Translations under genes and position numbers: made by a program
Notes under the pieces: generated by a model
What the model was told of the DNA's origin: nothing
Database searches by the model: none
Seen by the model: only the letters and a program-made list of their open reading frames with translations
Assembly: GCA_973851085.1 (NCBI GenBank)
Contig: OZ316775.1
Span: 14,756,001 to 14,820,000 of the forward strand
Direction: 5' to 3'
From: Ptychomitrium polyphyllum
Lineage: Eukaryota
Length of the DNA: 64,000 nt
In this document: in pieces, positions 1 through 22,900 of the stretch
How positions within the stretch are numbered: position 1 is the first letter of the stretch
How the letters are laid out: each line of letters starts with the position of its first letter

Positions 1-1309
1 TCTTATTAATCATTAGTTCTTTGGAGGCTAATTTTTAAGAACCATTTTGTGTCTACTTCTTGTTTCTTGTGTCTTTAATAAAGGATAGTTTATTTTTCAA
101 GATTGACAAAAATTAAAACATATGTTATTTTAAAAGAGAGCAATCTGTAACCACCAAAACGCTTTAATACCTTCAAAAAAATAGATGATTCATTATGTTT
201 TAAAAATGACCAAGTTCTAATTAAGTTTCAACTAAGCTCTAACTAAGCTATGAGTTAGTTTTAATAATTGATAATAGAAATATTATCAAATTGTTACAAG
301 ATTAAAAAATACTAGATTAAAAGATAGATAAGAGATTGATATCAAGAATAATTACAAGATAGAAAAAAAAACAAAATTATGGATTATTTCAAAACTTGTA
401 TTGATAAGATTAAGATGAACTACATATTGTTTATTATTTATACTATGAAACCTACATCTTATGAGATTTTTTTGAAAAGTAATGAGAAGTTACTAAAAGA
501 TACTATAAGTTTTTAAAATCCTTGTTTGAAATTTTTGGAAGTTTACGGAAGGTTCTAAAAGTCTACAAGAATTTTTAAAAGCCTACAAAAGTTTTAAAAG
601 ACTAAAAGCAATATATACATGATATACATCTATGTCCTTATAAATGAATCAAAATAAAAAATTTGAAGTTTGAAATACAAATATTTTGATATCTTTCGTT
701 CTCATGGATTTAAATTTTTTATTTTTGATATAATGTGGAATTTTTTGGAATTTGTTAAAATTAAATAAAAAATTTCATTTATAATTTTTTTCTTAAGAAG
801 AATATTTTTTGACGAACTCTACCTTTATGATGTAAGTGTATTCAATCATTTCTTTATTTCTATGAAAATTTATGCTATTATTATCATGAATTTGCAAACT
901 TAATTTGCACATATAAATTAGGTTTAATAAATACAATCTTTTTATTTGAGCAACATAAGATTTTGAATTCTACTATTATTCAATCTTCATAATAAAAATA
1001 TTTTAGATTTACATGTATAAAATTTTAAGATTTATCACAAGAAACTTGTTGTATTAGTAGATGTAGTTTTGTTGTGCATCACAATTTGTTGGACTTAAAA
1101 GGAGTCAATGTGGGTGTAGGAGGAGATGGCAAGTGTGAAAGAATGCAGCAAGTGGCAGTGCAGTGTGAATGGGCAGTACAAGGATAGAAAGTAACTTTGT
1201 TTTAACTCATTTGATAAAGCGTATTTAACCAACGTGTTTAGAATATTATGGGAGTGATTCTTAGTTATGGACAAAGTTAGGGCTGAGCTGGCACTTCCAT
1301 ACAGGAGAA

Positions 1310-1528
1310 CCGCCAAACGTCACTAGGTAGGTCCTCAGAGCACCTTCACGAATACGTCACCGCTGCCAACTCTCCGGATGATCACGCGTACTCACACCGC
1401 AATGTGGCTTGATTCAGTAGCCGTTGGAACCGAGCGCGGGAACCGCCGCCAACGAAATTCCCGCGCTTGCCTGGCCAGAACCGTCCCTCCTCCTAGCTCC
1501 CCGTCCTCCAATTCAAACTCTTGGCGCC
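1310..1528. promoter_or_regulatory. Cluster of cell-cycle-type cis elements upstream of the CHD gene (E2F-like x4, MSA, CHR-like)
   Basis: TTTGGCGG (minus, 1310-1317); TCCAACGGCT (minus, 1419-1428) fits MSA consensus YCYAACGGYY; inverted pair AGCGCGGGAA 1433-1442 / TTCCCGCGCT 1458-1467 (ATTCCCGC fits WTTSSCSS); ATTCAAA 1511-1517 (TTTGAAT on minus); TTGGCGCC 1521-1528. Motif matches only. Confidence 0.6.
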
Positions 1529-1833
1529 ATTCCACATCACTCGTCGCCCCAAAACCCGCCCTCTTTCTCCCGTTCCCGCTATACTCACCATTCTCCCAAG
1601 GCGCCTCGACAGCCTTGCAACCCCACTCGCTTCCGCTGTTCACAAATACATCCACCCAAGTATAAACAGGATATCTCCCCAGTGTCGCATAAGTATAACC
1701 AGATTATCGGGTAGATATCAACCCAAAGGAGCACGCATGCTGAACTACCGCTCTCGTGGGAGTAGAGGCAATACACCTGCGCCCGAGCAGAAACTCTTGC
1801 ACACATTTTGCACCTGAAGCTCGGGAGTTAGCC

Positions 1834-1841
1834 TAGGGTTT
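1834..1841 (-). promoter_or_regulatory. Telo-box (AAACCCTA) in the CHD gene 5' leader
   Basis: TAGGGTTT on + strand about 190 nt upstream of the ATG. Confidence 0.5.
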
Positions 1842-2026
1842 TGTTACGCATGCGGAGAGAGAGTTGGCCGTGCAGAGGAGGCGTTGCGGATGTGTTGTGA
1901 CATGCTTCCGGCTGGACGAGGAGTATTGCTATTTGACGGATGATTGGTAATGGTTTTGATGAGGTGATTGATCTCGGAGCAGATGATTGAGGTGAGGGGA
2001 GGGTAGGATTTGCGTTAGCTGTTGCG

Positions 2027-11859
<9,833 letters not shown>

Positions 11860-14235
11860 TACCTGATGTTTAGTCGCTGTTACATTAAACCTGCGTTTTG
11901 TTCCATTTCTTTTGTTATCATAGGTGTAAATCCAGACAACCTGTTTGGGAAGCTGGAAGTTTTTGATATAGTAGGTTCTCGCTTCCTATCCGGATGTACT
12001 AATATAGTTGGCATGACATAGTGCCATCACCAGCATGGATCTGGTTGTAGAACAAACCACCGTCTTTGGCGGAATTTTGTACAGAAATTTGATATTTCAC
12101 TAGACAATCTACTGCAACTTTGTGGAGATTCATTGCAAGCAACAAAGAATATTTTAAAACAAGAGTTTCATGTTTCACGCCAGTTGTGTACTTGTGGTCG
12201 GTTTCTACTGGTAGATATCATTCATGTAACATGTCGAAATTTATGAAGTGCATGCTGTGCACATTTCTAACATGCAAGAACACAGTACAAGGTTACCTAG
12301 TATATACAACTTGTGAGCAACGTCGCATAACACAAATTCTACTGCTCTGACGCAAAACATTCTAGACTGCTTAAGCATGACATTTCTGTGTACAAATGCC
12401 ACATGCAACTCCTAATTTACTATTGATTTTTCACACCCTAAGGTCACGGTAAGTAGCTTCAGAAGAATATCATGTATGTGTTACGTGTTTTGGGTCACCT
12501 GCCAATGGGTCGATGACCGGCTGATGGAGATGAAGTGGTTGGAAGGTGTTAAATCAACAGTCAGTGTGCCAGAACATCAACATGAATGTTTATTGGATAT
12601 TATACAGAATATAATTAAGGGAGAGAATTTGTTTTGTTTCTTAGTTTGTAAGATCATCCCAAATCTACCAATTGTGAGGTTAACGGGTATGTTCTTGGTG
12701 TCATTGGAAAGCTTTCAACAAATTATAAATCAAACTCATTTTCATCATTTTAATACACTTCATGATCTAAATCATCTATGTATATTTTCTTTAAAATTAG
12801 GCTTCATTTTTTAAATGGAATGCTAGCAATGAAGCATAATTTTCTTAATCAATGAATATAAACAAAGGAGCAATTATAAAAAATTGCCATTTTAAATCAA
12901 CTTCCACTTATTCAATAAATGCCTTTCAAATGAAAAACATCCTATAATAAGTAAAGATGATAAATGATCCAATATGCATGCATTGAACTTATGCTAATCA
13001 AGTGGTTTGAAACTTTCTAACATTGAAGCATCTGTTTCAATCATTGATATAAAAGTCATGAAATAGAGGTGAAATTATTTGTGAGAATTAAATAAAGTAG
13101 AGGATTGAGATTATAAATAAGCCTACGTTTTTATTTTAGTCAAAGGCCAAAGAAGCTTCAATAGAACTTAAAGTATAAATAGCCTTAAGGCCAAGAAGAG
13201 GTGCAAAAGAAGAATGTCTTTATATGACCTCAAGCACAAAGGATCCAATAAATGGAAGTGAGGCTATATTGTACCATATTAAAGTATCACCTTATTAAAG
13301 TATGGATTTCCAATTTAAAATATAGACCAAAAACAGATAAAGATGAATCCTCAACAATAACAAGGCAACAACTTTAGAAAGAGCTCACTTGAGAATTAGA
13401 GAAGAAATATAATACTCCCCATTGTGCCACCATCTCCATTAAGTCTCCATGTTCTAGTATATTCCCATGTCTTCTCTACTCTTTGAAACTACTTGTTGAA
13501 GTTCCACTTATCATGTAGTTCTAAGATTCATTGACCTTGAACAATCTACATCTGTACTGATCCATACTGTGATACATACATAAATTACACATGTGGTGAA
13601 ACCTCGAGTCCTCACATTGTACTGCAAGTTCCAGAATTTACCCTACTATATTTATTCCAACCTTATTCCAACCTTGGTGGTTCCGTACGGAGTAGCTATC
13701 TCCTTCCGCTGACGTAGGACAAAGGAAGTCTTCATAGAGGTATAGCAAGCCCAAACAGATGTCCCTAAAAACTTAAAGAACAATTACAGTAAGCAAAACT
13801 TTAGACTACAAGTATTAGATATATAATATGTTTCAGAGAATTGACATGATGTCCGCATGCAATTGTACAGATTCAATTCTTTAGATAAACACAAGTATTA
13901 ACACAACTGCGGAGATGGTTTGGCGTACACAACTCTCTCATTTGTTCAAGATTGATTGCTACAATAGAAGTATGCTTCAGGTGAAACTCAAGTGTATGCT
14001 ACACTATCATTCTTTCGAGAAAAAATACACTGGACAAGCTGAGTTTAGTACCGCCTCTGGCAGCAAGGTCTAGATCTTGCCCATCCCCAACTACACCCGT
14101 ACTATCTCCTAGTCAACCCCACAATTTCAACACAAAATCTCGTCAAAGCGAATCTGTACACAAGTTGGACTTGACAGGTTATAACTCAGTGACGTCTCCT
14201 GGAGACCTACGGTGTTTCAATACCAGGAGTCCAGA

Positions 14236-16612
14236 CTACCAGCCGTATTTGGCTTGTGTTTCTGCTTTCGTCAAGCTGCCTTTAGCACGACGATCTAATA
14301 ATTCCATCTCTCTGGCCTTCATGTCATGCAAAAGAGTGCCAATTTGGTGCTTCCGTCGTTGTAGCTTAGATGCCTTATCTTTACTTGAGGAAATCGGCTG
14401 CAAGAAAATAAACACTCTTAGACAACCTGCGGGTTAAAAATATCACGTCTGCCTACTTCAAAATGGAGAAGAAATTCTTTAGTCAAAGTGCTCATTTTCG
14501 ACACAGAGACTTATTCATTTCGTCTCTTCCAAGTAACATACATGCCAGTATAAGGCTGCCAAATATCAGAATGTGAAACTGAACGCATCGGAAACGGTAC
14601 ATTGTTAATCATTAGAGATGCCTGTTAAAATCTACCCATGGAATTTGAAATGACTTATAATGATGGAGAGAAAATGAGTTATACAATGGTAGAGAGTGCA
14701 CATTATAAATGACCTAAACCTAAAACCTGAAACAATGCATTCGATTTTACCTGGTAAGATGGCCCGAACGCAATCCCAGTTGATCGCAGTTGATCCTCCC
14801 GCAATTTTCCACCAGTCAAATCCGCTTGTTTAACCTCGATTACAGTGGGCGCAGCCATTTTGTCTTCTCTACCTCTTCGTCTCTCAGCTTGCAACACTTG
14901 TGCAACTGGATCATTAAGTGGCATAGAATTTGCGGGTGCAGACGAGGTTTGACTTGATTGACTGGCATAAGAAGAAACATTTCCAGTATATTGCCAACTG
15001 TGTTGTTCGTATTGACTATTAACATTGTGCGTCGATTGAGACATCTCCTGAGCAGGTGCGTACGCTCCCTGTGACGCTGTCCATCCATAAGCCTCATTTG
15101 AGTACGACACCTGATTAACAAAAGGTTAGAACAGTCGTTTTAGAAAAAAAACTGCCCTTATCCTGAATTCACCACGCTATCTACAAATGGCTAAGATAAA
15201 ACCATATTTAATCATCATTACAAACATCAAGTTCAGGACCTTAAGTTTGCACATCTCTGACTCGATTATTGCATATATGTTCGGCACCTCAAGAGCCTAT
15301 CGGCTTGGGCTACATTGTCTGAACTTTACACCCATCCCTATATCCAGATATGTAAGTTTCCACTCAAAGACGAAAGAGAAATTTAGGAATGAACTGTTCC
15401 AATAACACCCATGTACAGCAGCAAGAAGAAATTTTAAACGGGTACGCTTCACAAGCTCACAAAATTAGGAGGTAGATTCAGCAAAAACATAAAACCCTAA
15501 TCCAGGAACCCTCGTCCAGATTGCAGCAGGTGAAAGATCTCAAAATAAAACCCTTGATGCTCTAATATGAGACATCCATGCTAATTCAAACGTCTACTTC
15601 AGGCACCACCGACTAGTTGTCCGTCTCACATCCTCCACCAAGAAAAGGACAATGTACTCAACCAGACAACGAAATCTCAAGAATATGAACATACTTGAGG
15701 AGCAAACGCAGCGCTCTCATCCACCGCGTACGCCGAGTTATCGTACTGTACTTGCGCCTGCAAAGCATATGCTTCCTTCGAAGTAACACCAGGTGTTGCA
15801 GACGCTGTGGATATCCTCGAGTTCATATCCGCAGGCTCCGCCTTCACATCGAGACTCCCTGTTCTCGCAGCAACTTCCATAACTGCACGTCGCCCACCTC
15901 CAGTACCCCCACCACCCAAAGCCGAACCCAATCCTAGATTGTTCTTGGGAGCTGGCAGAAGCGCCTGAAGCCCACCTCCGCCCTTGGTCGTCGAAGTGCT
16001 CTCCCCTTTCGGTTTCTTCTGCGCTGGCCTCCAATCATCGTCCTCATCTTCCAACACAGACATATCAATCGGCGGCTTAAACGCGACCTTCTCCTTCTTC
16101 ACTTTGGAGTTCCCATACCCAACCTCCACTTTCACCCTGGAGCTATCAAATTCCACCTTGGGAACCTTCGGTGGCGGCAGAGCTGCAAACAGAGACAACC
16201 TGGAACCCGAATCAGGGCTTCTATCTCCACTCCCTGTCCCGAGTCCTTCAACCTTCGGCGGCGGCAGAGCTGCAAACAAAGACGACCTGGAACCCGAATT
16301 AGGGTTTCCATCTCCATTCCCTGTCCCGAGTCCTTCAACTTCCGGGTGACGCAGCTTGGCATACAAACCTGGCCTAGGCTTAGACTCCTCCTCAATCCTG
16401 TCCTCCGACTTGACAAAACCTCCCAATTGCGGCAGAGAACTCAACAACGAAGCACTCGAGGGAGCTTGGGAGTGTTTCGGAGGTGGAAGGCGTCCAAACA
16501 GAGACGAAGGCTTGGCGACAGCAGGCGAAGGCAGTGCCGATGGACTGGCATCATCCTCCTGGTCGTGATCGCCCTCATCGTCGCTGCCGTAGCTCGCAAG
16601 CAGCGAATCCAT
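14236..16612 (-). CDS. PRCC: PRCC-family proline-rich protein (spliceosome-associated / mitotic checkpoint control factor-like), 3 exons
   Basis: Exons 16612-15695, 15110-14751, 14397-14236, all phase-0 GT-AG. N-terminus MDSLLASYGSDDE, repeated LFxxLPPPK motifs, and C-terminus KASKLQRRKHQIGTLLHDMKAREMELLDRRAKGSLTKAETQAKYGW* match the PRCC C-terminal domain pattern (RRKHQI...TQAKYG[WF]). Confidence 0.9.
16163..16340. repeat. In-frame 87-bp tandem duplication inside PRCC exon 1
   Basis: AACCTTCGG(T/C)GGCGGCAGAGCTGCAAACA... starts at 16163 and again at 16250; encodes VEGLGTGNGDGNPNSGSRSSLFAALPPPK / VEGLGTGSGDRSPDSGSRLSLFAALPPPK (29 aa). Confidence 0.92.
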
Positions 16613-16665
16613 GATCGAGTTCGGAGCTCTCCCTCGCCCTCGCCCTCCGACACCGCGATTGAATG

Positions 16666-16673
16666 AAACCCTA
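16666..16673 (+). promoter_or_regulatory. Telo-box in the PRCC 5' leader
   Basis: AAACCCTA about 55 nt upstream of the minus-strand ATG; a second copy lies in intron 1 near 15493. Confidence 0.5.
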
Positions 16674-16999
16674 GGTGGTGAATCTGGGTGCTGTCGTGGT
16701 GGCGTTCGTGTTGCTTTGCCAGGACAATGATCGTTCACACGGGCTGCACACACAGCACAGCCCAGCTTGGAGTTTCATTCAGGACACTTTGTGTGTCCGC
16801 TTTCTGTTGATACCTCGGCGTGGTACTATGGCGGGTATCCTGTAAACGGGAACACGACGACGGCGTTGCCTGTGTATGAGTTTCGTCACGCTACTGATAG
16901 GGGGCTCCTGAGTAGGTGAATGAAGGAGTTCTCCACGGATATGGTGGTGGCATGAGCAACGTGAGATAGGGTCACAAAGAATGTGAACTATTTTGTAAT

Positions 17000-19900
17000 T
17001 CTTTACATAGAAAGTTACAGTATCTTTTTTAATTTTTGAAGTGAGAAAGAGTTTTTGTTTTTTAGTTGATATAGAGGTTCATATGTATCTATTTACACTC
17101 ATACTACTTTTAGAACAACAAAGTACTTAAAACCAGTAGCAATTGTTCTCATGATCTTGTATTTGGGGATAGTGAAAGCTCACGAAGTCCAAAAAGCATC
17201 GTTGTATTTGTGCTCTATAATCATTAAGTGGATAGCCAACAAACAAACATATTGGTTATTTTTTGTCTTAATCCACTAACAATTCCCTTAATTGCTACCT
17301 TACTTTTCTTTTCCTTATTGTTGCATTAGATTTGACATGTATAATGAATAAATTTGTCTATTTTTTATTTTTGCAAGCCATTTGACATTAGTCCCTATTC
17401 TATATCTCCCTCCTCACTTCAACACTGATTACATTGGAAATATTGCTCAAGATTTGTCATATTTGATATGCTTCTAATGTCATGATAATTTTAAAATTAA
17501 GTTTTTATATTATTCAACCTTGTCAAATTATGCATGGTAGTATGTTTAAGATTATTAAATGGCATGTAGAATTTTGAAAGATGCGCATTCTTTTTATGTT
17601 GATTCTACATTGCCATCACTATCAAAGTTGAATCTTAGCACCCCTCCTCGACAATAATAGTCCATTAGTATTCTTTCTTTGTTGCAGCTTGCATTGAAAA
17701 ATCTTTCCACACTTGCATGCTTAATACATAAGATCTAAGGGGTAGCAATCAACAACCTAGGTTTCTTCATTTTCCTTATCACCACTATAATTCTTATTTT
17801 ATCCATCTTCATTTGTCTTCATCAATTTTAGAATTTGGTACAAAGTAACTGTCATTGAATAAACTAGCAATTCATGCCTTTTTGTAATTTATCTTGTTAC
17901 AATATTATAGTCCCATAACATCAATTCATCTGTAAAATTCACATGATGTAAAGTAAATATAATGGTAATTGACTAATTTGAAGTAATCTTGTGGTGGCAA
18001 GCATGAGTTGTAAACAAAGCTTTTAATGTCATCATCATTATATACATGTATAGATGAAAATCAGCATTTTAAAATCCAATAAAATAGGAATATTAATTCA
18101 TTAATTATTATTGTAGAAGCAATGCACCACAAAAATCTATTGTTAAAAATTAATATCTTAGTTGTATCATTTTCTTAATAAACAAGATTTTTGAAAAATA
18201 TTTCCTTAGTTTGGCAATGCACGTTATTTATTGACCTTTTCAAGAAAATTTGAGCTCTAAAAACACAAATATTAAAACACTATTTTATGCTTTTAATTTT
18301 AAAAATAGAATCTTAAATCTACATAATTGCAATTATAATGTAAATCTATTAATAGATTAAAAATAACTATTAATTTAAGATTAATCTACCATATTAAATA
18401 CAATTGGATGGACTTTAATAATTAATGATGCATTGATAAAATTACAATCACAATGTTTAATGGAAATAGATTTCATACAGATTTTCAAATGTCATCAAAT
18501 AAGAGATTTCGAAAAAATTAATGTAGATTTCAAATTATACAAAATTCAAAGTTTTGGAATAATTCAACATTTCTTATTAAAATATGTTAAATTTACATTA
18601 AAACATATTAAAACATTTTACTTTACAAACTAAACTTAATATGAGATCCTTGAAATCTACAAATATAAATTATAAAGTTGACTTTGGTTTAATATGTTGT
18701 TTAAACTCTAGAATACAATAATAATGGAAACCACTAAATCATTTAAAATGCACCACCATAGTATATTATTTTTAAACCATATTCTAAATTATCTTTTTTT
18801 AAGTTATAATTTAAAAAATTAATCCACATCAAAAATTGAAACTTTAGCTTTTCAAGGAGATGCTTTTTATTAATCTAATTATAAATGATATCTAATGCTT
18901 AAATAAAGGCTTAGTCTGTATTTAAATAATTCTTAATTATTCATATAGTTTTTTAGGTGAAAAATTGGTAGTTAAAAGAAAGATTCAAATCAAACGGATA
19001 TATATATCATATTTTACTATAAATATTCAAAATTCTATATTTAAAAATATGTATTATTTGGATGATATTTGGATGATATTTTAATGATGTTCTATTATTT
19101 ATTTTAGACAATTTTCAAGTAATAGACAAGTTTAAGTTTTTTAATATCTTTTATACTTACATGAATAATGTTTCAAAAATTGTAGTGGTAAATAACCTTA
19201 TACTAAACAATAAGTTTGAATTAACTTATAATGTCAAATTTTTAACTACTTTTTTTGTAATTTTCATGTGGGACACTTATAAATTTTTATTCAATTTTTT
19301 TGCAATTTTATCATTTTTAAACCAAAATATGACAATATTTTTTTAATTAAAAAATTGCAAATTGGTTACATATTAGATTTTTAAAAAACTACTTAATATT
19401 ATTGTTTAAAATAAAATAAAATATTATTCTTTAATAATTAAACGGGAAAAAAAGTACTTGTCTATATTAGTCTCACTTTTTTGAATTCTAAAGTTTCAAT
19501 AAACAAAACATCTTAAGTATTTAGAATGCGGTAGATAAATTTTTTTTCTTAGAAAAAACTCAAGATATGACTCATCTTGTATTTTTATACCACCTTTTAA
19601 AAATTAACTCACTAGAAGAATCAATAAACTGCATCTTACCATATTAAAAAAATTCACATTTATAGCCTCAAACCTTTAATTAAATCAATGATTAAAGTTG
19701 TACATTGAGAGAATGATAAGACTAGTGAAATAAGGCTTGTAATTCTATATATAATTTAATTTATAATTTAATTTATTTTCCTAACGACTGTGATCTTTTT
19801 TTCAAAATTATAATATGAGATTAATGCTCAAAAGTCAATTATTGATCATGTATTTACAAATAAAAAAGCCAAAAGCGCCAACTGTTCTGCCAAAACATTT

Positions 19901-22900
19901 TATTTTAAAAAAATTATGGCCTTATAAGTAGTTATTTAATTAATTCTTTATCAATAAATGCCAATATTTTAGAAATTTGTTTTATTTTAAAGTGACAATT
20001 AAAGTAATAAAGTATAAATATTTTTTGTACAATACACTTTTGTCCTCACAAATTTTGTTGTTCAATTTTTTCAATAAAAAACTATAATGTATTTAAAATA
20101 CCAAAGTCATTCAAAAGTTTATAATACAGTGGAATAATTAGGCATGAATGTATTTCTATATTAACTTTAGCCAAGAAACTTGGCCAATTATCTTACTATC
20201 ACTTTAAAAAAAGTTAATGTATTTATCATAATTTGGAACTATCCTCTATAAAATTTAATTATTTCAAAAGAGACATGATGGAACATTGTCAAACATTCCC
20301 ATTTTTCAAAAGAAACATGGTGGAACATTGCCAAACGTTACTATTTTTCAAAAGAAAATTGTAGTCACAGGCCTTCCAAAAGAAAGAAAAACAACGAAAC
20401 TTTCATTGTAACCTGACTGCTTTAAAATAAAAGCAATGGAGCATACAACATACAACATACAAAATACGTGCTGACCCGGACTTCTTTCTACAACATAATA
20501 CTCTTCATGGTGGGTGATATGGACAGGGCTAATGTATGGTGTGATAAAACTTGACAATGACTATTCTGCTCAAATATTATGGGTTGTGAGAGTCAAGTAC
20601 AAGCTAGTACACTCCATCACAGTTCCATGCTTTTCACTCACATGGTACAGATGTGATTGTCAAAATCTACCCAGGTGGCATTTTGAAAACCCACACTAAT
20701 TTCACAAATTTATGTAGCGCTTTTATATATCAGATAAGAATTTCTTCCATGTTCTGGATTACTTATTGAAAAATGCAGGTTTTTTTGAATGGGGTATGTG
20801 AAAGTAATGTGGTCCAAATCATTGCACAATTTTGTGCAGTTTTTCTTACCAAATAGGGTCTGGACTTGTTCATGGCAATTTTTGGGAAATTCTGGGGATG
20901 TTTTGATTGCAAGCTTTGTAACTCCAAATTTTGAAGATCCAATAATATAAGGGGATTAAGCACCTTCCGATTGATCTGTATGCCAAATCTCATGCAAATT
21001 CAATGAACAAAGGATAAGACAATAATACATCTTATTTCAAAATCGTAAAAGGTTGGATACAAAACTTGTCATTTTGAAATTTTTGTCTTTTTTCATGTTG
21101 TCTTTTTTTTTTGTTTTTTTTGGTTTTATGATACGAATGAATTTTTTTCACAATCAAATAGCCAACTGCATTACCTATCCAATATATTTTTTACCTTTAA
21201 TTCCACATAATGTGTTTGAGAGTTGTTTATTCTTAACATCATACTTTTTAAAAAAGTTTTTAGGATGAAGGTCAAATAATACAGTTTTTCTTAAAGAATT
21301 AGCTAAAATTATGTATATTCTTTATTACCAAAACATCTATGGTTTTTGATCTGTTATTTAGAATTAAACAAAACAAGGTGTATCAAATGCTTGTCTTCAA
21401 GCTTTACAACTTCTTAGTTTGACTCAAAGGCCAATATTATATATATTGGATGCTATACTTGAAAATGTCATTGCCTAAGTACATTTTGGGCCTCAACCTC
21501 AATAGGGGTGTTAAAACTTAGTTATTAATTTCAACTAGAGCAATCTTTTCATGTAAAATATTTATCAAATATAATACAAAATAATAAAATTCATTACACA
21601 TGAATGTAATAAGATATTTCTAATTTCTTTTTAAATTGTGTGGTGTGATTGAACATTTGTTAATTGGTATGTTGATCATCAATAATGTAATATCATAACA
21701 TAATAAAATCACATATTATTGCCAAAAAAAATTATACAATTCAAACGTATCTATAATGATAACTTTTAGCCTAATCCTTAGTGATAATTGTTAATTGATT
21801 ACCAAGCTTATAGTATCAATTTGTTAATACATAGAGGCATTTAAATTGTGGAAATATATAATTTGTATCAATAACATCAATATCAATATTAATTAGATTT
21901 TGATTAATTATCCAAAATTTGAATATTTATTAAACAAATCATCATCTTATGCAACTTCAAGATATCATGTATATTTTAAGTTTCCAACTTCACCTCTGAT
22001 TCTTCATTCTTTCCTTTGTTTTTTACACATCAATTACATTCATCAAAAAAATTGAAGTTCATTATAAATTTATACCTACACCATCTTTATTTGAACCAAT
22101 TTTCTTTTGATATAAGTATTGAATTAATATTGCTTGAAAACACATTGTGCAATATATAACAGAGAAACAACACAGTTCCAAGTATACTAAAGCAATATGA
22201 TATAAAGGTTGATATAACAAATCTATTTGTCATTTAGATATGGTATACTATACCTTTACTTCTATTAATTCATATATCCCATTCAAATTACATATACTTG
22301 CTAAACTCTAATGAAAACCTCATGGTATTTAAGAGGAGTTTTGAAGAGCTTTGAGGAGGGTAAATTTCATTGTGTTTGAAAGGAATTGAAAAGAATTTTG
22401 AAGAGCATGTGATAGGTTCCAAGACAAACAATATTGAGGCTGTATAAGCTTATATTTTGCTTATTCAATATTTCAAGATGAATTTGGTTTTATACTTTTT
22501 TTTGGTTTTCAAGAAGTTTACATGAATAATACTATGATTTAAAAAACAATATGGTAATGAAGTCATTAATTAATTAATTAATGAAACCTCACCACACACA
22601 TGATGTGTTAAAAGGTGCATCACATTCATTACACGTCATACCATAGACTTGCAACAATCATCTTCCAATTAATTTAACAAATTTGTGCTTTATCATCTCA
22701 ATTACAATAGAAACTGTAGAAACTGTAGAACCTGTAGACACCAGAGAATTCCAGAGATTGTGAGACTTGACAAAAGCTGCACAGAAACTGTGAGGGCAGA
22801 AACAATATTTTTGCTTGGGAAAAGTTGGATACTGGGTGTCCATGTGATGATGTACCATGACTGTATAGCTTGGTTTAAAATAGTTCCAACATGGCAGAAA

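Noticed and set aside
480..610. Roughly 10/20-bp periodic AAAAG(T/C)CTACAA pattern resembling LTR-internal repeats
   Set aside because: Too degenerate; no LTR termini, PBS/PPT or coding domain to support a mobile-element call.
1095..1817. Several overlapping 73-98 aa ORFs upstream of the CHD gene
   Set aside because: GC-rich promoter/leader sequence with no recognisable motif or splice support.
12850..13600. Possible retroelement remnant between the CHD and PRCC 3' ends
   Set aside because: Frames I translated gave no RT, endonuclease or integrase motif; cannot be supported without a search.
16613..16753. 47-aa N-terminal extension of the PRCC ORF in the track
   Set aside because: Begins at a non-ATG codon; MDSLLASYGSDDE at 16612 matches the family N-terminus.
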